Source of the DNA: Eledone cirrhosa
Taxonomy: Eukaryota
Reading direction: 5' to 3'
Assembly (NCBI GenBank): GCA_964016885.1
Contig: OZ024741.1
Span: 181,908,001 to 181,972,000 of the forward strand
Length of the DNA stretch: 64,000 nucleotides
The translations under genes and the position numbers were made by a program. The notes beneath the pieces are model-generated. The model saw only the letters and a list, made by a program, of their open reading frames with translations, had not been told where the DNA came from and ran no database searches. This document shows, piece by piece, positions 27,410 to 40,527 of this stretch. Each line of letters starts with the position of its first letter. The first letter of the stretch is position 1.

Positions 27410-28075
27410 TTTAAGCACAAGACCAGCAAATGTTAGGGAAGGATAAGGTTGTTTAAATCAACCCAGTCCGTGACTGGCAAAAAAGACAAAGCTGTCCTCG
27501 GCGGGATTTGAATTAAATACATGAAGTGCCGTGACTAAATGCTGCAAAGCCTTTCGTCCGACGCACTGACCGTTCAGCCAATCCACTGCATTCAAAGAAA
27601 ACGGACTGTAGAAAAGCAGTTCAACTATAAAATGTATGATAGATTTTAACAAAGTACTAAATAAAGGTTTCTGATTTAGGCGCGAGACCAACAATTTTTA
27701 GGAATGGGAAAATTGATTAAATCTACTCCAGTGCATTACTAGTACTTTATTTTATCGACCCTGTAAGGATGAAAGGCAAAGCAAACCTCTGCGGGATTTG
27801 AACTCAGTAGGCAAAAAGCCATAACTCAATGACGCTAAGCGTGCTGTCCGAAACTCTACCGATTCTGTCAACCCACCGCCCTAATAAAGTACTAAATAAT
27901 GAATTCTAATTTATGAACGAAGGTAACAATTCGCGGGGAGAGGGAGTCAATTCATCTACCACAGTACGTGATGGGTACTTTAATTTCTCGACACAAGGAG
28001 GAAGAAGATCAAAGTTGGCCTCAGTGGAATTAGAACTATGACCATAAAGGAATGTAACTTAATGCTGCCAATCCA
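27410..28075 (-). mobile_element. Cluster of three tRNA-derived SINE copies
   Basis: Repeated GGATTTGAACTC (B-box reverse complement) and GGATGAAAGGCAAAG core. Confidence 0.7.
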
Positions 28076-28804
28076 TCACTTTCGAAATAAATTAATTAAT
28101 AACATATTCAGCGGAATGTGACAAACAATGCAATTGCGAGGCCAACCCAAAGAATGTGCTAGTTCAATGTGTGTGTATGTAAGTGTGTGTTTCTCACTCC
28201 ATCGCATAGCTACTATTTTACGATCTATAAAATGTGTACCATCACTACTTAGTTTTGAAGAGTAGATAATAAAATAAAGGACTTCGAGTAATTTTGCATA
28301 ATACCCTGGGTTTCTGTGATTTAAAGAGGAATTGGCAGACTCTTTAGACCACACACTTTTATAAATACACATACATAGACACACTAGATAGCCACCCGCC
28401 CGAAAGCCACACATACACCTGTAGACTTATATGCTGAAACTGGAACTCACGAGCAAAACATAAGCCGAAAAGCCACATACTTTAATGCACCACATTCCAA
28501 ACACCATCTATGCCACAAACACACCTGATATATGCACATATACACAGATTCGCAGTTAGATCGACACACGAGTATAGTCAGACAGACGCACAAGTCTCAC
28601 TGATAGATACAGACTCTGCCATTAACATTGCATTCACAGCCTCATCCATGAAAACAAACGGCCCTCCACTCTTGTCCACTTCACTTCTCGTGATAACATA
28701 AATTCTCTCTCCTAATTTCCCATTTGCTTTCTGATGAAAGACTAACGTCTGATATGTTAAAAACGGAACACCCGGAGCTCAGCCGTCGGAGTGCTGACTC
28801 TTTT

Positions 28805-28901
<97 letters not shown>

Positions 28902-28906
28902 ATATA

Positions 28907-30705
28907 CTAGCAGTTTAGCCCGGCGTTGCTCGGGTCTGTTCATTTGCTATGAAAAGTTACATACAGGTAAACGTAGCTTGAAAGCGAATAAGCTTATCAA
29001 TTAAGTGCATAACGCAGTTGAACCGGTTATAAATAGTTACGAACCAATTAGCATATCGGACAATCAATGATGGGTTAATAATCTTCCAATAGCGAATTTA
29101 GTAGACCAAAGTTGCAAGATGGTGGCCCAGATACCGCTGGGTGTCAGATCTGTCCGCCATGGGTGACCCTAGCAGTTTTCCAGATGGCATAGCTCCAACA
29201 CCTCCAACACCTGCACCAACATCTATAGCACCTCTTGCGATATTGCATGTCATCCCTTGAGGAGTGTAAGCAAAAAGTCCATTCCTGCTCCCTACGCGGG
29301 AACAGACAACATAAAGTTGGCCATGGATGATTAGCCAGTTTCAGTCTGAACACTCTAGCAATGAGGTCATGATTGTTCGAATAATTTTGCCCAGGAAAAA
29401 GTTCACGGGTTACATTCCGATTCATATGTCTATAGCATTAATCTGTTATATGAAGTGTTATTTTGCGGGTTGTTATTTGCAATAAGCCGATTGAAAATGC
29501 CCCAGATAAGCCGTATGCCAATACGGAACGCTCCACTGCAGTGTTGTCATATAGTGAGTAAAAAGCGACAGAGAGAGTAAAGCAGTTAAATTATAGAGAG
29601 GGGGAATATACGGAACGCTCCATTTGATCATATACATTGTTTCTCTCTCTGCAGTGTTGTCATATAGGGAGTGAAGAGTGACAGGGAGAGTAAAGCAGTT
29701 AAATTATATAGAGCGGGAATATACGGAACGCTCCATTTGATCATATATATTGTTTCTCTCTCTGCAGTGTTGTCATATAGTGAGTGAAGAGCGACAGAGA
29801 GAGTAAAGAAGTTAAATTATAGAGAGGGGGAATGATCATGATCGATTTTTGCCCTTATTGTTGATTGATTTGAAATTGTTTTGCTTCATGAGCTTCTCCT
29901 AACCAAAAGCAATAATTGTCCCGACTTTGAATAGAATCGCGTGAAAAAGATTTCTCAATTTTTTGTCTCATATTGAGAAAAACAAAGAAAGAAAATTACA
30001 AAACGGACAACAATAAAATATAATGTCTTTGTTGAGAATCATGTAAATAAATGCTTAAGCGTGGTTATTGTTACGTTTGTTGTTTTATAAATTCATCTGT
30101 TGCTTTTGAATATTTATTATTTGATGTAAAATGTAAGTGTGCAAAATGTAACGTTGAGAGAGCAGTATGTATTTAGTGTTATTGGCTTTTTAAATTTTGA
30201 TATTTGATGTATGAGTGTCGTTATGACTGTTTGTTGCTTAGGTTTCAAAGTTTGTGTCGCGTTCCTTCAAAAGAAGTTTTGTCGTTGTTCTAAACTATAA
30301 AGGGTAGTAGACGGAGGCAGTAACCTTTTAAAGAGAGTTGCAGAGAAGATTGAGGGGGGAGTAGAGAGAGTGATGAACCTTTTAAAGAGAGTTGCAGAGG
30401 AGATTGGGAGTGGAGTAGAGGAAAAGATGAACCTTTTAAAGAGAGTTGCAGCATGTATGTAGTTTCATATATTTTGATGGTAGTAGTGAGAGGAATGAAG
30501 CGTGTAAGAGAGAGGGTTACAGCATGTATTTAGTTTTATCGATATTTTCATAGAAGCATGACATTTTTATCAAAAATAATTATGCGTTGACCTGCCCTGG
30601 TAAATTTGGAGCACGTTGGAAAAAATTCATCAAAATCTGTAGAGAAATGTGGAAATGCATAAAAGTCATACACACACACAGACAGACATCTACCGTTTTA
30701 TATAT
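28907..30705 (-). mobile_element. Non-autonomous Helitron (same family as 3761-5195) with Rep remnant and minisatellite (~29520-29835)
   Basis: CTAG end with CCCGAGCAACGCCGGG hairpin; RELFPGQNYSNNHDLIARVFRLKL Rep motif; shared termini. Confidence 0.85.
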
Positions 30706-30721
30706 ATATATATATATATAT

Positions 30722-31700
30722 AAGTGGTTACACAACAGTTAGTTCACCATGCCGATAACAATTAATTGTTTCACCTTAGCGGATACTCAGCTCGTAATGG
30801 GCATGGTTATACGGAACAGGAAGGACAACCGTACGAACGCGCATGCGCAGAAACCGCTCACTTCACACAGGCAATACTAAAATGCGTGCGAGCGGTGTAA
30901 GGGAGATAACTGCGAAATTCCGAAAAGTTTTTAGTTGATAAGAAAAGTATGATGTTGTTACAATAAATTCAATCTGGAGTTTTATTTATTCGTTCGTCAA
31001 CAGCAATGCAACACACCAGCTGTAATCTATGAAGCTGTGGTCACTTCCAACCGACCAAACCAACCACAGGAGGTCAAATCCTATGTGGGCATGGCGGAGG
31101 GCCGATTTAAGGAATGTTTCTTGAACCACCAGTCGACCTTTAGGTACCCGGACAGACGTTCATCCACGAAACTCGCGAGCCACGTATGGTCCCACGTACT
31201 CAAGTATAGACCACCTCATTCAATGGAAAGCCATCACTAAGTCCAAACCATGCGCAAGGGCAAATCCGTCGTGTGGACTATGTATTGACGAACGAATAAA
31301 TATTCTAAAGAGATTATGCAATAGTGATTGCCTAAAGACGAGGAATGAATTTTTCAACGTTGTCCACACGTCTCGAAACAACTATTGCATAACTACAAAG
31401 CTTAGGATTGAATTTATTGTAACATCATAATTTTCTTATCAACTAAAACTTTTCAGACTTTCGCAATTATCTCCCTTACACCTCTCGCACGCATTTTAGT
31501 ATTGCCTGTGTGAAATGAGCGGTTTCTGCGCATGCGCGTTCGTACGGTTGTCCTTCCGGTTCCGTATAACCATGCCCATTACGAGCTGAGGATCCGCTAA
31601 GGTGAAACAATTGTTCTCGGTATGGTGAACTAACTGTTGTGTAACCACTTCTACCTAACTCGTCCCATGGATTGAGTGCACCTTCCAGTGTTCTACCACT
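30722..31700 (+). mobile_element. Family C PLE: inverted pLTR (30722-30974), GIY-YIG remnant (~31000-31404), pLTR (31405-31650) and tail
   Basis: AVIYEAVV...SYVGMAEGRFKE...STKLASHVW...CGLCIDE; diverged inverted arms; HHR CGAG-CTGAGGA-TCCGCTAAGGT-GAAA-CAATTG-TT-CTCG at 31582-31619. Confidence 0.9.
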
Positions 31701-31740
31701 ATATATATATATATATATATATATAACTCGTCCCATGGAT

Positions 31741-31793
<53 letters not shown>

Positions 31794-32439
31794 CGCACAG
31801 CAACATAACTACGCAACACAGCCTTTTTAATCCGGCATACAAACGTTATATCCCTACACAGATGTTGCTACGATATAATGATGCAATAATACCACCCAAC
31901 TCCTTTGCCATCTCCCAGAATGGAAATAGTGTTGTCAGCGATTTTCAATAAATTCTCAAATATTCTTCTGGAGAAGAAAATCCAAACAAGAATCTGATTT
32001 ACATTATTGTTGAAATCCCTATGGCAAAGTAGAAAAGCCCTATGGCAACATTTAATTGGCCATCTAAATGATTAAACATATGAGTAACAATTTAATTTTT
32101 TTCCCTTCTAAGGGTAGAAAATTGCTTCCAAAAGTATGTGCTTATGTCTTTAAAAATTCATATCGTATATTGATTTCGTATATTATTCCTATATTTTGAA
32201 ATATAGGAATATTTTAAATATTGGCTTCTTATTATTTTTCGATATTGCATGTATAGTATTTGTTATTACATTTTCATAAAACATAAAATACAGATTCTCT
32301 GGTTTGCAAATTGTTTATAAATTCGATTATTTTTTGTTTTTCCAGATTTTATCGATTACTTTACTATTTTAGTTACTAATCAATATTCTTATTTTGTTTT
32401 CTTCACGGTCAGTTGCAACGGTTCTAAACAACAGAGTGT

Positions 32440-32760
32440 GAAGGAGCTTGACACAGTTGTTAGTGCGTTTGGGTTACGGTCGTAAGGTCATCAACTTGAT
32501 TCTCGACAAGGTGTTGTATCCTTTAGCAAGATACTATATTTCACATTGCTCCAGTCAACTCAGCTGGAAATGAAGTTGTATCTGTAATTTAAATGGACAA
32601 TACTTGTCATATATTGTGTTACGCTGAAAGTCCTTCAGAATTACATTAAGGGTATATGTACATATGGAATGCTCAACAACTTACAGCGTTAAATTCACGA
32701 GCAGACTGTTCTGTTGCTCGAAAAAGACATTTCATCGGAACCGACAGATGTTCAACATAC
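32440..32760 (+). mobile_element. Decayed SINE of a second family
   Basis: tRNA-like head then TTGTATCCTTTAGCAAGATACT...TTGCTCCAGTCAACTCAGCTG central domain. Confidence 0.5.
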
Positions 32761-32988
32761 ACAAACGTTTGGTATTTGTACGTTTCTACATAGGATATTT
32801 AGGTTAAGGAAATATTTCTATTGAATTATTTTTGTCTGACATCTCTGCACTGTTATCTTACCGACATAATTTGATTCATTTACAAACACATTTAACTCGG
32901 GTTCAGCTACAAGGTTAAATTGAGAGCTGCTTGATGACTGTACGTGACGTACTTTGCGGCATTATTTCCCGAAGTACGTTATGTACGT

Positions 32989-33096
<108 letters not shown>

Positions 33097-33179
33097 GCAC
33101 ACACACACACACACACACACACAGCCATACACACTCTCGTTTCCGCCCTGCCCGTCTACAATCTTTCTATTTCATTTCT

Positions 33180-33320
33180 AATTTCTAATTCTATTATCTG
33201 ACGAACGACTAGAGTCCGAAGCGTTAAGACTCTTTTCGTACTACATCAAGTGTAAAACTAATAATATATTTCTTCATTGTACTGCGTTGTTTGCTTTGTT
33301 ATTTCTGTTTGTTTTTTGCA
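33180..33320 (+). mobile_element. Solo pLTR fragment with decayed HHR (family also at 38165-38300 and 55965-56090, minus)
   Basis: CTGACGA-ACGACTAGAGTCC-GAAG; shared 3' TGTACTG...TTGTTATTTCTGTT. Confidence 0.65.
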
Positions 33321-33327
33321 CACACAT

Positions 33328-33391
<64 letters not shown>

Positions 33392-33568
33392 TGTGTGTGT
33401 ATTCCGTTTTTTTCTCTTCATTTTGTTCTATCTTCCTATATGTTCTATTATTTCTGATTCTACCTTCTGACCAATGACTACCGTTAAACTAATATATATC
33501 ATCATTGTACTTTATAGTTTGCTGTGCTGTTTAAGTTTACTTACACACACACACATACATACACACAC

Positions 33569-33667
<99 letters not shown>

Positions 33668-33777
33668 TGTGTGTGTGTGTTTGTGTGAGTGTGTCTGTGT
33701 TCTTGTGTAAGTAAATGTAAAACAACAAAGCAAACTATATATATATATATATGCACATTTTCACAGGAAACCTAGGA

Positions 33778-34070
33778 GGTGAAAAACTCGTGGGGTGCTG
33801 TGAAAACCGAGACAGTTATAAAAGCTTTTCAAAAATGCGACATCAGTAACGCCTTAGATGGCACAGGAGATGACTTTCTGTATAATGATAGTGACACAAG
33901 TGATTCTGAAAACGGCAGTGACCCCAAGGAATGAGGGGAAGATGATGAATTTCAGGAACTAGAATATGGTAACAGCAAGGAAATCTATGAGGATGATAGC
34001 AGTCATGATCTTATAAGATTTGAAAGTGACTCCAATGTTAATAGCGTTAATAGTGTTAATTCCTCTTGAT
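33778..34070 (+). mobile_element. pogo/Tigger-type transposase C-terminal remnant
   Basis: VKNSWGAVKTETVIKAFQKCDISNALDGTGDD followed by an acidic tail. Confidence 0.7.
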
Positions 34071-36639
34071 TTTATTTTTCCTGGAATTTAGAGTGCGTAA
34101 ACTGTGTAAACAGTTTATCACAACTTCGGACCTCGAGTTGATTCAGGAAAGATAGAAAATTGTTCGGATATATATAGTGTTGTATTGTTGTTATTTAATC
34201 CCCAGTGTGCTTTAAGTAAACATATATTGGAGGGATTTATTACGTACTATATATCAGAAACATTACAAACCAAATATTACACACGTCTTAATAACATTGC
34301 TATTGAGATCTGATATCATTCTTTTAATTCAAATTTAGTTTGAAGGGGGTATTGTTTAGCTACATCACATAATGGAATACTCATTTTTCAATCACAACCT
34401 TTCAACGCTTTATTTCGGTATTCTCAATCGTTAAATGCTTCAACGCGAAGTAGTACAAGCACTTGTCGTAATAGATACTTTAGAATTCTACAAAGTTAGA
34501 ATGAACGAATAGGTGCCTCTAATAGAAAAGGAATACTTGAAAGAAAAAAGTGTTATTTAATACCATGAACCTGTCTTACATAAGTAGATGCAATAAGATA
34601 ACAAAAAATAAGCATGTAACATTGTAAAGCTGATGTATATTGAAAACAGATAAGAAGAAAGGTATTATAAAATAAATAGAACAGGAAGGATAATGTATTT
34701 GTAGGTAGGAGATAATACAACAACAAAATAACGACTTGAGAGCAAAACAACATGAATGTACGTGGCTAGATGGGTTGTCTTAACATAGATGTTTTGTTTG
34801 TTTCGCTTTTGTTTATTTTTCTCTCTTGACACTGCATTAGATGTTGATTTATTTCATCAGCATTTGGTAAACACATGGAAACTTGCTTGCTTTCAAATGA
34901 AAACTTTTCACGCCGTGTCAGAGTATGTTTATGTGTGTGTGTGTATATGTGTATAAATGTGCATTTATGTGTGCGAACCTGCATGTGTACGTCTATGTGA
35001 TTATATATATTGCGTGACTATGTGTTTGTATATATGTAATTTGCGTGAGTGTGTGTAAAAATATATATGTGCATTTCTGCTTTTACACCAACATTTGGTG
35101 AAGTGTCTAGTGGAAGCTTTCGTGTTTGGTTAACATGGAATAATAGAGGATCATTGTATTTTGAAAGGATAATCACCGTATGGAAATCTTTTACTCACTA
35201 ACTGTGCCAAAGTTGAAAAATCACGAAAGAGAAGCACTTCAGCGTAAGCATGAACGATTGAACCTCTGCGAGGTCAATTGTCATAAATAATGCAGTCAGA
35301 AGTTATTTCGTTGACTAAAACAATACTGGTTGTATAAGAAAAATATAGGATGGCTGCTGCTAAAATTTCATAATTATAGATCTGGTTGATCATGGATGAC
35401 CATGGGCTAATCAACAAAAACAACAATGTTTAGGATTTAAATCCTTTAAGTTCAATCATTTAAGAAATGCATTGTGAAAATGCGTATGCGATGTGCTGAA
35501 ATTATTTCTTTGATACAATAGTGTAGTTTCTACATTAATAAGGAAATGGCCTACTAGTTATAGTATTACTATCATTTAGTAAGTTATAGTAAGTTATAAG
35601 GAAATTGAATTTTGTATGAAGAATTATTTTTGAATGAATTGAACAAGTTTATTACTGGTAATTTATAAGTAACGGAAGCATAATTTGCAAATCGACCTGT
35701 TGGAATCCGTACTAATTATGGTAACTTATGTATTTAGAACCTCTTATGCGTCGGTACAATCCATAACACCCATGACAGTGATATTATTTTGGAGACATAA
35801 AGACATTATTTTTAGATACAAATTTAACATGGAAACCCAAGAGATTACATCTGACATTTTACAAGTCTGTAATAGTTTTCTATTTATGTGATAATATTAA
35901 TTCCATATATTGTTTGAGAGATATGCAATATGACTTAAGTTCGAAATATATAACGAGAAAGTGAATGCTACGTATTTTTGGTAGCTCGTATAAAGATTGA
36001 TATAATTATCCTGGGAAATTACTCGAAACGATCTTCACTCCATAGCAAGCGTTGACTCATTTTGTTCATAATTAAAGGGTTGAAAGCGCTTTTCTCTGGT
36101 GAATGTAAGGCTAAAACGAAAGTGCAAATGATAAATAATATTCATAAATGTTTTCTTATTATTCAAATAAATAACTGAACGAAGTTCACCAAGGCTTCCT
36201 GTGAATAATGCAGTTATTATTCGCATATAACCTCCAGGAGACAGAAATATCCCCCAGTCTTACAAATAGCACAGAGTAGCATTTTCTTATAATTCTCTTA
36301 CTAATTAGTTCGAACAATGAATATGAATAATATTAATTAGAATATCTCAAGCGAACTATCCATGATGATATGCGGAATGTTGGTGCTGCTTAACTTAATC
36401 TAGAAAATAGTTGTTCTAGGCAATTCTGCATTAGAAGATAGACAAAGGATGCAATTTACTAGTTTACAGATCTAAACAAAGACACGAAACTGGAAGAATA
36501 CATAGATATGCCAAAGGTTACGATTGCTATTTAAATTTATTATTAATAATTGTCAATGTACAACCGCATAGAATAGGTATTAATAGAAAGAGAGCGAAAG
36601 AGAGACGGTCGCTACTAATTCCCACAGTGCTGCTGTAAC

Positions 36640-36990
36640 ACACACACATGTCGTAGACCACCGGTGCTGCTGCTAAAAGGTCAACCAATTGATTGGCATT
36701 GTGAAGACGTACTCTAAAACCTACAGATGTGCTATATTCTCTACCTGCTCTTTATACAATATTACGGTGGCTCAGCTCCTCGAGGTTAATTTGCTGTTCT
36801 CATATAACCTCCAATCGTTCAAACACACCCACATCAATTGTCTCTCTTCCTGCCGTCATCCATATTGTACTCCTTCCAGACTCTACAGTCATCTCTACTC
36901 CAACTCCTTACTATGAAACTCCCCTTCCCCCTTTTTTCCTGTAGATGTGAACTTGCACTTATACAAGAACATCAATTGCCTTCATCTCAC
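36640..36990 (+). mobile_element. Decayed 3' end of a CR1-group (Crack/Daphne-like) LINE
   Basis: Frameshifted peptides resembling LYxYYxG...HPY...L(W)NS..FFPVDVNL..YKxIN. Confidence 0.45.
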
Positions 36991-37504
36991 GAGTATCGCA
37001 GAACCTGAGATGTAACTGCCTCTTCCACAAGAACAAGCAATGAAAAAGAACAAAAAACAAAAACAACATTTTGAAAAAAAGTAGCATGTGTCCCTATTGC
37101 ATTAAAAAAGGTCATAAACATCACAGTCTAATTCATATCTTTTATACATTTGCTGCATTGTGCCTTAGTAAGAAATCATTATTTCATAGAGTGGGTAATT
37201 GCTGGCCTTGTGCCTAAAGTAGAAACAATTATTTCATAGAGTGATAGATATGGTTTAAAGAGAGTAAATGGAACAAATTCTAAAGGACGAGAAGAGACAG
37301 AAGGACGAGGTAGTCATTGAGAAGGTCACAGAGTGTGTGAGAAAAGCAAAATGTGAATGAATTAGCTCAAAAATTCAAAAATCAACTGGTGTAAGTGTTT
37401 TATTGATTGCTTGACTCTCCCTAAGTATAAACGTATCTGCTTCAAATTTAAAAAGAAATGCAATCACACATGCATATACATCGATAGACCCTCCCACACA
37501 CGCA

Positions 37505-37558
<54 letters not shown>

Positions 37559-37561
37559 CAC

Positions 37562-37633
<72 letters not shown>

Positions 37634-37796
37634 CTCAACGGCTTTATAAATAACACACATATATCTCAACGGCTGAAGACTTTAGTCTTTCGATTGTATT
37701 TTTATTGTCAAAAAATTATTTTTTAAGGTTTCCTCTTTAAAAAATTGTATTTCATTTCGCTTTCTTCTCGTTTGTTGTCTTGTATTCTCTTTGTTA

Positions 37797-37880
<84 letters not shown>

Positions 37881-37885
<5 letters not shown>

Positions 37886-38072
37886 AGAAAGTATGACCCC
37901 GACGGCAGAGCTTAAGCCGTTTCGACGGCTATCTCTGGACTCAAATAGCCGTCGAAACGGGTTGAGCTTTGCCGCCGGGGTCATACTTTCTCCTATTACC
38001 CACTCTACTACCATAAGTATTGAGTACTCTGGTGCATTATAGTCCATCTGGTTCCTGACCACAACTCCTCCG

Positions 38073-38074
<2 letters not shown>
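37881..38074. mobile_element. Family H mini fold-back, copy 1 (tail right)
   Basis: ~52-bp arms centred on GACGGCTAT...ATAGCCGTC; each arm holds the HHR 3' half GAAA-CGGC...GCCG-TC; (TA)n flanks. Confidence 0.85.
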
Positions 38075-38141
<67 letters not shown>

Positions 38142-38247
38142 GTATATGTATATGTATGTATGTACAAAGCAAACAGAAATAACAACACAGTCGGTACAGT
38201 ATATGAAAGGAATATATTAGGTTAACGCTTAAATAGTAGGAAGAGGG

Positions 38248-38284
38248 TTTTGACGTTTCGGACGCTAGTCCTTCATCAGAAGAT
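38248..38284 (-). ncRNA. Minimal type-I hammerhead motif
   Basis: CTGATGA-AGGAC(TAGC)GTCC-GAAA-CG-TC; stem I short and imperfect. Confidence 0.7.
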
Positions 38285-38906
38285 AGAATGAGAAATAAGA
38301 TAGATTGAAGGGACTGGTGGGTTGCATTCGGAAAAAGTGTCTTTAGATAAAAATAACAGGTCCATTCATGATGGCATCTCTTGGTAAACTGATGGTGCTG
38401 GCGTTTTGAGTATGATTTATTTTTTTAGAAAAGTGGATCATGGAGCGCATCTACCTGAAATGGAAACAAAAACCGTTTTGTAAAAAAAGCTATACTTGTG
38501 CACGTGCGTATGCGCGCGCGCGTGTGTGTGTCAGTGGCAAATTCAAAAGAATCAATCACGTGACATCGAGGTTAATCAGTGAGGAGTGGGGTGTTAAAAA
38601 GACAGTAGCCAATATGTTACTATGAACCATAGTAGTAATTTAGGCAAATTTTTGCTTCACAAAATAATTTGGAGATAATTTTTAAGAATTAGTATATCTA
38701 CCAACATATTTATACAGAAGTATACACTAGCAAGATATAGGTTATGTCTTAGTAACTTTGTGGTTCAATACAAAAATGTAGAACAATTATATGAAAGACG
38801 TAAAATAAGAAAATTATAATAATTAACTTACTTAAGTTTCACTCCAACTAATTAGTTTCTGAAAGGGGATATACACAGTGTTCAAAACTATGGAGAATCC
38901 TTTCTT

Positions 38907-38975
<69 letters not shown>

Positions 38976-40442
38976 TATATATATTGAAGATTTAGTTTTA
39001 TTTACATCAAGCGTTATTTAGTTCTTCATTTCCTTCATTTCGTAATTATGTTCGATATGATTCAGTCATTTAAATGCTTCTTTTATATCCTTCATTGTTT
39101 CCTGTGCGGTTTCCACTCATCTAGCAAACGTTTATAATATGCTTGTCTGCATTTGTATAGTTTCGCAACCGATATATTAATTTTCATGTGGTGGGATATT
39201 TCGTGCTAAGTTAACATTATAGTCGAACGTATGCTGCCACCGAAGGATTACTTATGTGGAAATTGTAATTCTGTCAGCTACATTTGGAAAGCATTGTGAC
39301 AACAAAGAAAGGAATAGTATTTCAAAGATCACATTAAAATCTCTTTAGTGCCGTGGCGACCTGCTGTCTGCTTTGTGAGAAATATGTTTTCAAGCTGTGA
39401 GAACGATGAAAACGAATTAATTCCAAAAGGTAGGTAGGTGGCAAAGATGCAGCTTGGAACGGTCATTGTTTTCAAATTAAACGCAATAATAGGCTTCCCT
39501 ATTACTTATTTGAAACAAATAGCGAACAAATGATGGAGCGTTTACAGTCTCACCCAGCATGTTAGTAATAGCAGCCAAGTATCCTTCAAATCCCACTTGT
39601 CATCTTATATATAGAATTATAAAATTGACAACAAAGCGCCTGTCGCTAAACAACAACAACAACAAATATTAGGGGTGCAAACCAATAGTAGGAGTGTCTT
39701 CACAATCATTTTACACGCTGGAAGTAACTGAAAAATCTCTTTCAAATTACACATTGCCTTTGTAAAAATACGGAAGAACAAGTCAAATAGTATTTTATTC
39801 ACAGTTGTATAAATAACAATACAAATCGTTTGCAATTCTTTCAGAATGAAAATATAAACAGAGCATATGAATAAATTTACAGTAGAATAACATAACACAT
39901 GTTTTAAATATATACATAAATAACATTACAAATTGCTCGCGATTCTTTCAGAAAGATATATTCTTTTAATGTACTCGGACATACTATATGCCTGAAACAA
40001 AAACAAATGGGTTGACTTTTTAATCTTGTTCGATCATGTGTGTCTTGGGAATTAAACTAGAAACAGTTTGACCAAATTTTCAACAATACAGTGATAGCAA
40101 AACATTGTATTTTACAGACGTTGTTATCTATCAGGAAGGAGAAACCCAAAACTATGAGATGCAAGGACCAGGTCCAAGGGTTGGACTGACTCTTTCAGCA
40201 CATTTCCCTCGGTATCCTCCAGATTAACGCACTCACTATTCTGTCCGCAGACAGCATCATGCAACATATATTTGAAGTTTTGTAAAGGACACAGTAGTCT
40301 ACTAGATATATAGTTTTTTATTCTTACTGCATTCATGTTACGGCCATGCGCAACACTGCCTTCATTTAGCTGATCATATCGAACGGAATATTTATTGTTA
40401 TCATATCTGGTATACGCATTTCATAGTTGTATTTGTAGTTTT

Positions 40443-40519
<77 letters not shown>

Positions 40520-40527
<8 letters not shown>

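Noticed and set aside
28727-28762. Further hammerhead-like motifs (28727, 44908-44946, 56055-56085, 63755-63842, ~22200)
   Set aside because: Core or stem I is mutated; treated as decayed pLTR remnants, not listed as functional RNAs.
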